Source of the DNA: Octopus sinensis | Taxonomy: Eukaryota | Length of the DNA: 64,000 nt | Assembly (NCBI RefSeq): GCF_006345805.1 | Contig: NC_043020.1 | Coordinates: forward strand, 2,852,001-2,916,000 | Direction of reading: 5' to 3' | In this document: positions 53,965 to 64,000 of the stretch, one piece after another | Position numbering within the stretch: position 1 is the stretch's first letter | Layout of the letters: each line of letters starts with the position of its first letter | Translations under genes and position numbers: made by a program | The notes under the pieces: model-generated | The model's input: the letters and a program-made list of their open reading frames with translations, nothing else | The model's database searches: none | What the model was told of the DNA's origin: nothing

Positions 53965-54954
53965 TACTATATAAATACTGATTGTTATTTGATGTTGAAG
54001 ATATGTATATAATTATTAGATTATAACTCTATGTTATTTGTAGAGCGAAAGAGATATATAGATCGTTAATAATTATAGGTTTTTTTTAAAAGTTAGGTTA
54101 CTGGTTTATAATTTGATTTTAATCTTTAATTATATTATATTAATATTTACGTATGTAGTATTGGATTAATTAATTTATTTATTCTTCTTTATGTCTATAA
54201 ATTTATTGATAGCATCAATTTTAGATTTTAATCACTATATTTGTTGATAATAAGTTAGTTATTATTCTGAAATATTTTATAATTATTAGATTTTAACTTA
54301 AATTTAAAAAATATGAATAGTGATTATTTTTTTTGTTAAATAATTTGCTAATTAGATATTGACTATTACTGAGATTAGGTTATTCGTCGTGAGTTTATTA
54401 GGTTTTTATAGCCATTTTATATCTTAATGGATAAATACATTTTCTATCTATTTTTACCTTAAAAATTAATATTTAACATTATAATTGGATTGTATGACAT
54501 AATCCTAATCGTTAAAGTTTCTAATTTGATAATAGAGTTTTTTATAAGAAAAATTATTATTTTATTTATTTCTTAAAAAATATTGTTTAAATATATTTGC
54601 TTATTTATTGACTATGATTATAATTCGAATTGGGTTATGGCCATGAAACGTACGTAGTGGTTTTACTTATATTTTATTAAACTTTTTAATACATTTTTGA
54701 CAGTTATATAAAATAAATAAATATAAATATTAAAAAATTAAAAAATTTATAAACTTAAAATTTAAAAAATATAAAAATTTACAAATATAAATTTAAATAA
54801 TTTAATTTTAATTTTTGTGTTTTGGTTTATGTTTTTCACTGTTTGATTTGCCTAATAGTGGTTTTATCTCTAATTTAATTTATATTTATGCTATGAAATT
54901 TGATTTAATCTTAAATCTAATTTTTCCCTGTAAGTTTGGATTTACTCCCTAATA

Positions 54955-54955
<1 letters not shown>
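53965..54955 (+). mobile_element. Extremely AT-rich, C-poor repeat (possible PLE relic)
   Basis: Its 3' ~250 bp are shared with 45035-45495, with pieces at 9900-9965 and 53435-53480(-). It contains FDVEDMY (weakly RT motif-A-like) and GAAACGTACGTA (like a hammerhead 3' half). Family assignment is uncertain. Confidence 0.4.
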
Positions 54956-54989
<34 letters not shown>

Positions 54990-57900
54990 TTTCAATGGTT
55001 TTAGTCGTAGGACTGTGGCCATGCTGGAATCATTATTTTTAATGGTGGAGCTTGAAGTAGACAAAGCTATAAATAATGGTCTCCCATTTTGGCACAAGGC
55101 CAGTAATTTCATGGAAGACGATGATGTCAACCTCACCACTTAACTGATTCATATTTCACAGAACCTGAAAGGTTGAAAGGTGAAGTTGACTTCGGTAGAA
55201 TTTGAATTCAGAACATAAAGACAGATGAAATGCTGCTAAGCATTTTGCCTGGCATGGTAACAATTCTGCCAGCTTACCACCTAATGGTATGGAGAATATT
55301 GGGTAAAGACAAATCCCCTTGGTTGAAAAAATTCAAAAATTGCCCAAAGGACTCAAACTTACACCTGTAAACATGACAGATGTCTTACCATTATACCAAA
55401 GCAACCCTTCAAATTTTTCCATCAATTTTAGCAGTTTTGTTTTATCAGTGACATTTACATTTGTCATAAGAATTTGACATGAAATAAATCGTTTTTTTTT
55501 GTTAAGTGGAGGAATTGACAGTAGATAAAGCTAAAAATAAGACCAAGCAGATGTTAGTGACAAGATGTTTTGCAAACAACTTGCTACAAGTTGAGAACTC
55601 TGCATACCGGAAGTCAGCAAGTGTATGGGGTCATCAGGAGAGAATGCACACCATTTCGGGGCCTACCTCTCGACAGCATCAATGTGCAGCGGCCTCCCCT
55701 CACCTTGACTGGCTTCCATGCTGGTGGCACGTAAAAAGCACCCACTACACTCACGGAGTGGTCGACGTTAGGAAGGGCATCCAGCTGTAGAAACACTGCC
55801 AGATCAGACTGGAGCCTGGTGCAGCCTCCTGGCTTTCCAGACCCCGGTCGAACCATCCAACTCGTGCTAGCATGGAAAACGGACGTTAAATGATGATGAT
55901 GATATAGAAAGAGAGAGTGGGAGAAAGAGAAAGTGAGAGAGAGAGAGTGACAGACAGACAGACAGATGGAACCAACAAATCCACTAACACACACCCTATA
56001 AAAAAAATAACAACAATCACTACAGAAAGAAAATCTTTCTAAGTAACGATCTTTTGCATTCCTTTTCACAGGAAGAGTGAAGAAGTAACGAGGATTTTGT
56101 GATGTGCATGCATTTTCTAATGCACTAAATCCGTTTGTGGACATAATGACACCGTCCTGTGTCTTTTAATCAAATCTAGAAGCAATCAATAATTTACCAG
56201 AATAACTAGCTTTGTAATTTATACACTGGTGTCAGGAACATAATTTAATGAAAAGTTTCTTGCATAAAAATTATGATGAAAGTATTTCAATTTGCATATT
56301 AACATTTCAAAATGAAGAATTTTGTATCATAGAAGCAGAAACGGTGTTCAAGGAGGAGGAATTTAGCAAAATTACTTGTTTTCATTTTGTATTTGTTTTG
56401 CAAGATTTTTGATGTGAATTTGTGTCAAGTGTCAAGAGGATCGTTGTGCTAATTAGTTATTTTCTCATTTAATTAAGTGTTTTGAACACATTTTCATAAA
56501 ACAAAGTTCTTACATATAATTATGATGGGGTTTTAATTTAAAATCTTTTATCGTTTACTTGTTTCATTAGACTGTGGCCATGCTGCAGCATCACCCCAAA
56601 GAATTCTTAGTTGAATGAATTGATCTCAGTATTTATATTATTGTTAAGCCGCATACTTTTTATATTGGTCTCTTTTTGTTGAACTGCTAAGTTGTGAGGA
56701 TGCAAACACACCATCACCAATTGTCAAGCAGTGGAAGGAGGGACAAACACAGACAGACACACACATGATGGGCTTCCTTCAGTTTCCATCAACCAAATCC
56801 ACTCACAAGGCTTTGGTCAGCCCAAGGGTATAGTAGAAGACACTTGTCCAAGGTGTCACACAGTGGGACTGAACCCAGAACCATGTGGTTGGGAAGCATG
56901 TGGTGGGAGGGGCTAGTTGATTACATTGACCCCAGTATCCAACTGGTACTTATTTCATCAACTCCGAAAGGGTGAAAGGCAAAGTCAATCTCGGCAGGAT
57001 TTGAACTCAGAATGTATAGGACAGACGAAAAACTGCTAAGCATTTTGCCCAGCATGCTAACGATTCTGCCAGCCTTAATAATAATAATGATAATAATAAT
57101 AATAATTATTATTTCAGCTATAGGCACAAGGCCTGAAATTTGGGGGATGTGGGTGCTAGTGAATCATATCAACCCCAGTACATAACTGGTACTTGTTTCA
57201 TTGATCCTACAAAGATGAAAGTCAAAGTTGACCTTGGCAGAATTTGAACTTAGATCATGAAGACAATAAAAGGCTGCTAAGCATTTTGTCCTGCGTGCTA
57301 ACGAGTCTATCAGCTTGCTGATTAAAATAATAAGAATCTTTTATGTTTAGTCCCTAAACATTATATCAAGAGATGCAGTAAGGAAAATGTGAATATGTGT
57401 CATTCATGCCTTTCTTAGGATTGGAGTCTAGTGTGTGTGAAGTGGAACAGTGCCACTGGAAGCAGAAATGGTAGGTTTGAAGTGAGGAATGGAACGGAGC
57501 AAATCTGGGGGTGAAAAAGAAGCACAACTTCATCTTAGAAACAGGGTACATGTGGATAGCTTTAAAGGGAGAGAGAGAGCAAAGGGGGTGATTGTATGTG
57601 TGTATATGAATGCATGTATACATAGGTACATGAGAAAGAGGAAGAAAAAAAATAAAGGGAGAGGCCCTTAGAACATCATCAATAAGAAAAACAACAATAA
57701 TTTGAACAAAAAAAAACATGAATAGACTAACATCATAATAATAATAATAAAGAAACTAAGGCAGAGAGAGAGAGAGAGAGAGAATAAGGGGTTAACTTAA
57801 AGAAAGGGGTAGCAAAAAAAGGTCTGGTCCTTACTGTGACATGTTAAAGCTGTGATGAGAAGAAGAAAAAGTATTCTGTACATCATTGACAAGTTTTGGC

Positions 57901-58658
57901 AGAGACCAACCAACCAGTAGTGATGGACTGTATAAATTCCAGGGGGTGTTTAGTGTAAGGGAGCAGTTTAATTTACTACACCCTCCACGGTAGTGGCGAT
58001 GGCAGTGGTGGTGGTGGTGGTGATTATGGATCAGGACAGCCTCTATTCACTTCTGCCCCTTATATAGATGCTTCTGGTAATAAATAGTAGTAGTAGTAGT
58101 AAAGGGTAGTGGTGGTGGTGGTGGTAGATGTAGTAGTATTAGGAGAAGTAGTACTTGTTGTAATAGTAGTAGTGGTAGTTTCGGTGGTGGTGGTGGCGGC
58201 AGCATCGGTTGTGGGGAATGGTTTGGGTAGAAGCACTCACAGAACATCACCTCTCTTCTCTCTTTCAGCCAGTTACAGTTTCCCTTCTTTACTCATCTTT
58301 CTTCCAGCCTCTGCTACCCCCCCCCTACCCACCACCTGCCACTCCGGTACCATTCAGTTTACACACACACACATATTTTCACCGATACACATATATATAT
58401 ATACAATCATGTATACATACACATTTTCCTCACCACCACCTCTCTCTCCACACACACACAAATATATGCATTTATATATATATATATATACACAGCTATG
58501 TATATAGATGTGTATGCATACATCTACATACATACATTTATATATACACACACACACACACATACATATATAAATATATTGCAACTTACACTTGTTGAAT
58601 AAACATGTGCCCACTGTATGTATGTATATATGTAACTATATATATATATGTATGTAAC

Positions 58659-58693
<35 letters not shown>

Positions 58694-60139
58694 GTATATA
58701 TATATATATGTAACTATATATATATATGTATGTATATATATGTAACTATATATATATATGTATGTATGTATATATATATATATGTAACTATATATATATA
58801 TGTATGTATGTATGTATGTACATATACGTACATACAAAGTATTTGTAGAAACTTGTTTATGAAATATCTATGGTGTTCATGTGTCAGTGACTCTGTGTGT
58901 GTGTGTGTGGTGTGTGTGTGTGAATCCACACAGAATGAGAGAGAAGGGGTGGGAGGTTTAAGTGAAACACTCAAAATGGAAGGAGAAGGGAGAAGAGGAG
59001 GAGGAGGATGACTTGGAGAAGAGAGGAAGGTATGTCTTGGTATGTAACTAAGGATGGGTTAAAGTGCAAATCAATCAAAGGACTCACCCACCACCATCAC
59101 CACCACCGCCATCACCACAACCACTGCCACCACCACCTACAACTACCATAGAAAATGGTTTTATAGCTGAAATTTGGGACCCTCAACAAGTGTGTTTATG
59201 ACTGATGCCTTATTTAATCGAACCCCCACGGAAAGGATTAAAAGGTGAAGTTGATCTTGGCATGATTTGAACTTAGAGCAAATAATGGTTTTGCATTTTA
59301 GCACAAGGCCTGCAATTTCAGAGGAGGGCAAGTCAATTACATCAACCCCAGTGATCAACTGGTACTTAATTTGTTGACCCTGAAAGAATGAAAGTCAAAG
59401 TCAACCCCGGCAGAATTTGAACTCAGAACATGAACAGACAGACGAAATGCCTCTAAGTATTTTTCCCTGCTGTACTAACGATTCTGCAAGATCATTGCTT
59501 TAATGGGATCGTCTTTTTCATTCGCAAAATGAGCCCCTTCCCCCTTAATTTTGCTCAGATTGCTTTCAATTTTCGTGTATCGATGCAACTCTGAATTTTG
59601 ATTACAATCAACTAATTACTTGTAAATTAAAGAATTTGATGTTATTAGGAATTAAAGTTGGGAAATTTGGATAATTTTAGCAAGGCATTAACAGTTTGTT
59701 ACATTGACAAGTGCACCCTGTGTTGTGTTCCACCTGGATGCTGTGGATGAAGACAGCATGCAGGTGGAACATGCTACGAGATTTACTTCCAGATAACACC
59801 AGACAGTTAAAAGTAAAATTAACCAAATTAATTACAGTGTTGAATACAGAAATAAGACTCTCTTACTTTCCACTGGCTGAGCAGATATGCAGCATAGTAA
59901 AATGACACAAACAAAGCAACCCCTCAGACACATAAAATCCTACATTTTCAATCATCCCAAAAATAGTTTGACAAAAGTTTTTACCACGAAAAAATATAGA
60001 GTAGGTCAAAAGTCACGCACAAACTAAATTCAATACACTCCAGAATTGTCAAAGATATGCTTCAATTTAAAAAGAAAAAACTGAACAGAATAAATGAAAT
60101 AATGAGGAATGCAAATGTACTTGTACATGATGAACAAAA

Positions 60140-60173
<34 letters not shown>

Positions 60174-60297
60174 TAATAATACAAATATAAATAGAAGAGT
60201 GCCATAGTTATCATGTGAAATTGGTTGAACGATATTTTGGCATCAAGCGTTGCCTTCCACGGGTTCAAAATTACATGTCAGTCTACTACATTTTTTG

Positions 60298-60469
60298 TTA
60301 AGACTATAAAGGACCAAGGTAAACTCATCCAGAAGTTATGCACAAATAAATAGAAGAGTGCCGTATCATATACCGAAATATCGTTCAACCAATTTCTCAT
60401 GATATGGCATTCTTCTATTTATTTGTGTATAACGTCTGGATGAGTTACCTCAGTCCTATATAGTCTTAA
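60298..60469. repeat. Foldback MITE with ~72-bp arms plus an adjacent partial inverted copy at 60186-60238
   Basis: TTAAGACTATA..GGA...GGTAA.CTCATCCAGA.GTTAT.CACAAATAAATAGAAGA.TGCC.TATCAT matched by its reverse complement at 60399-60469. Confidence 0.75.
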
Positions 60470-60689
60470 TAATGATAATAATAATAATCCTTTCAATTTA
60501 AAGGCACAAGGCCTGAAAGTTTTGGGGATGGGTTTAGTCAATTACATCGAACCTGAAAGAATGAAAGATAAAGTTGACCTTGGTGGAATTTGAACTCAAA
60601 ATGTAAAGATGGACAAATGCTGCTAAGCATTTTGCCTGGTGTACTAAAGATCCTGCCAGCTCACCACCTTACCTGCCCCATGATAAAAA

Positions 60690-61080
60690 CTGGTGGGAAC
60701 ACAAACCACCTCCAGTGCTTGAAAAGGATTACACCTCACTCTTTTGGAATTTTACTGTTCAAACTGACAGAAAGAGAGATGCAAATAGGCCAGACATTAT
60801 ATTAAAGGGTTTCAGACAAAAATCATGCCTCCTTATCGACACGACTGTCCCAATCGACATAAATGTATCGGTCAAGACCTACCAAAAACTGAGCAAATAC
60901 GAAGACCTCAAAACATAAATTGGCAAAATGTGGAACCTCAAGACTAAAACAATACTTGTTGTCCTAGGAATGATAGCAAAAGGGGTTGATTGCTACCAGT
61001 CTCAGATAGCAGGAAATCCAAAAATGGAAGAAATTCTTAAAATAGTGCTCATATCTTACAGAAAATATTGTCTATATGAT
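60690..61080 (+). mobile_element. REL-type non-LTR retrotransposon, endonuclease domain fragment
   Basis: WEHKPPPVLE....LFWNF.VQTDRK..ANRPDII........LLID..VP.D.NV..K...K.SKY.DL...MW.LK...I.VVLG: PD..D..K nuclease motifs, one stop. Confidence 0.85.
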
Positions 61081-61859
61081 TGCAAAAACATTTTAATCTG
61101 TAAACATTGTCAAAAATACTTTTAAATGCACTTAATAGCAAAAACCTGTTACTATCATCTTATCAAATTACTTTTAAAACAAACTTCTAATTTTCTTACG
61201 TTTTGACAGACATTCCCTAGAACCAAAAATACGGCACCCTAGTCATAATGCCAATTTGAACTTCTAGCTTGTTGTCTTTTGATGTCTCTGGGTGAGACTT
61301 GGAGTCAACTTGTACAAATACAAAGCAAAAGCCAAACACACAATAATATTAATATATAAAATGTGAAATGTTTTGGTGTGTGGCATTTGGCCCATCTTCT
61401 GTAGGATGAGGTAATCTTTTATCTTTTGCTTGGTTTAGTCAGTGGACTGTGGCCATGCTGGAGCACCCCTTCGAAGGGTTTCAGTCAAACAAAATGGTGT
61501 CAGTTTTGATTGTTTTTTAAGTATGAGACTTATTCTATTGGTTCCCTCTGATGAACTGTTAGGTTGCAAGGATGTAAACAAACCAACATTGGTTATCAAG
61601 TTGGGGGTTGGACATACACAGACACAAAGAAACATACACATATGTGTAGATATACATAAAACGGGTTTCCACATAGTTTCCCTCTCCCAAATCCACTCAC
61701 AAAACATTGGTTGGGGGGTAAAGTAGAAGACACATGCACACGGTACTGTACAGTGGGACTGAACCTGACACCATGTGGTTGCAAAGCAAGCTTCTTAACC
61801 ATACGGCCATGCCTACATCTCATCTGAGGAATTTTTACAGATTTTAGAAGGAACCCATA

Positions 61860-62200
61860 CAATAAGTACCGTCTCCACCTCAGATGCAGAAAGCTTGCTT
61901 AGTAAATGTCCAAGGGGTAGAAATGATAAGGATCATAATAAAGAACATATGTAAATACCCGAAAAGTAAAACCACTCTCAATACCAGTAAACTTATAAAA
62001 AACAAACAACCCCCACTCTCACAGGTGTACAATTAATAATATACCTTTACATGCCCACAAGATGATTTATATAAACAATCAGATGTAGTAGCTATGGGTT
62101 TCCCCTTGGGACCTATGTTTGCAGCATTCTGCTTATCCACAACAAAGAACAGAATAACATCAAAATATAGACACATAAGATACAGCAGATTTGTAGATTG
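61860..62200 (+). mobile_element. Penelope-like reverse transcriptase fragment
   Basis: FTCPQDDLYKQSDVVAMGFPLGPMFA resembles the PLE RT motif Y.Q.DG.AMGSPLGP..A; heavily decayed. Confidence 0.55.
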
Positions 62201-64000
62201 TATAGACTAGCGGTTAAGGGGGTGAGCTGCCAGAATCATTAGCATGCCAGGCAAAGTGCTTAGTGGCATTTCGTCCATCTTTATGTTCTGAGAACATAAA
62301 GATGGAGAACTGCTTGAATGATTAATTGAGTAAATGGTTTGTGTAAAAGTTAGATTTGTTTTTGTTTTTTTTAGACAATATTCTGTGTATAGGGAAAGGT
62401 AACCTTGTGGACAGAATGACGGGGTCAGCTGGATCAACTTATAATCTGTAAGGACAGGTGGAGCTGTGTGCCATTAAGAAGTTTGATCTCATGAAATGGC
62501 ATCGTGGACATATGTCTTTTACCGTAGCCCTAGACTGATCAAAGCCTTATAAGTGAAGTTAGTAGGTGGAAACTGAAAGAAGCCTGTTGTACATACACAC
62601 ATATAAATATGCTTATACATCTCTCTCTCTCTCTCGATATATATATATATATATAAAGAAAACAGAAAATGGAGAAATATTGATGAATAACAATTGACTT
62701 ACATCAATTATTATTTCCTACTCCAATGCAAACAGACTGCATCCCATCTAACAGCTGTTTCTGCCTCCAGTGTTACATGGTTTTGCCATTGATAAGTTAA
62801 AAAATATTTATATTTGGTAGTAAAACTGATCTGAAACACGGAGCTTCATCAGAGTGAAGAATAAATAAAAAAAAAAAAAGAAGAGCCTAGAAAAGAAAAG
62901 GGACAAGTTGAAAATGGTTTTAATCATACCATTTTGCTTGTGTATTGCTTTGGGTCGTTAAGTAAACGAGTCATTTACTTTTATCCCTTAAACTGTTATT
63001 TTAACCTCTAACTCAGCTAACCTTTCATATATATACATATATGTGTGTGTGTGTGTATATATATATGAGGGCATCCAGCTGTAGAAACTCTGCCAGATCA
63101 AGATTGGGGCGGTGCAGCCATCTGGTTTGCCAGCCCTCAGTCAGAATTGTCCAAGCTATGCTAGCATGGAAAGCTGATGTTAAACGATGATGATGATGAT
63201 GATGATGATGATGATATATATGTATGTACAACTGTGAGTGTATGTTTGTGTCTCCTTGACATCACATACTTGTTGCATATGAATGTCATTTAGTTCCAAT
63301 ATTCTGCGAAAACATCTGACTCTGGGGAAAGATTACCTCGCTTGGAAGCAGGTAAGGGTTGGTGAGAGGAAGGCCTCCAATGATATTCTGTAATTAAGCA
63401 TAACATTGGAACCAAACACTGTCAACAATTTCAGTGGATTTGGTAAATAAAGTCAACTGACTTTAAACACGCGGTGCCCTTCCATTCGCCAATCTATTTT
63501 ATCTGTTATTGTCCATAAATGTTGGACCGGCTGAACTGAAGGGGTCAGCCCTTTTGGGGTTTGCTTTTGGAATGGTTCTTATCAATGCCTTTAATCAAAG
63601 ATGCAACTGATCGAGATTGATCCAAGACTTTTCACAACAACAGTCATAGTTACCATCTCAATACCACTACCATCAGCATCATCGTCTTTCCAACTCCTCT
63701 ACCACTTCAAATACTGCTACTACAACTGCTATTTCAAACTCATCATTATTTTTCTGGCCACACTAACACTGCCACCATCAACAACCGTCTCTCACCACTA
63801 CCAATACCACCAATGTAATTAACACACATATCTACACAATGATCACCACCGAAAACAACAGCACTACAACCACAGCCACCACCTTCAGTCGTAACTACCA
63901 CTGACACCACTATCACCAATACATCACCACCACCACCACCACAACTGATATTATCGCCACCACCACCACTGTCGCCCCCCCCCCGCCCCCATTATCACCT

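Noticed and set aside
55614-56144. 176-aa minus-strand ORF as a second gene
   Set aside because: Most of it is a family C SINE plus GA/CA repeats, and no domain or splice pattern supports it.

Overview
AT-rich, repeat-saturated animal genomic DNA; the SINE, microsatellite and MITE repertoire resembles an octopus or other coleoid cephalopod (inference from recognising the repeats, not from a search). One host gene is supported: a minus-strand fibulin-1/2-type extracellular-matrix gene. It has 12 exons spliced by hand between 21216 and 1545 (1845 nt in frame, all AG/GT bounded) encoding 3 anaphylatoxin-like modules, 1 EGF and 9 calcium-binding EGF modules. The gene runs off the left edge. Its start/signal-peptide exon was not found, apart from a candidate 28-nt micro-exon at 33966-33993. 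The rest is intronic or intergenic: several SINE families, fragments of RTE, CR1 and REL-type LINEs, Penelope-like (PLE) GIY-YIG/RT remnants, mariner/Tc1 relics, MITEs and foldbacks, and a ~4.6-kb TA/TACA microsatellite. Most notable: type I hammerhead-ribozyme motifs tied to PLE ends (one intact at 30928-31027, one near-intact at 38520-38577), non-canonical EGF modules (8 Cys, 10 Cys, vicinal CC), long intronic inverted repeats, and a 1.6-kb foldback with an 8-bp TSD. No prokaryotic features, no CRISPR and no true tRNA/rRNA genes were found. Repeat boundaries are approximate unless a TIR or TSD is quoted.
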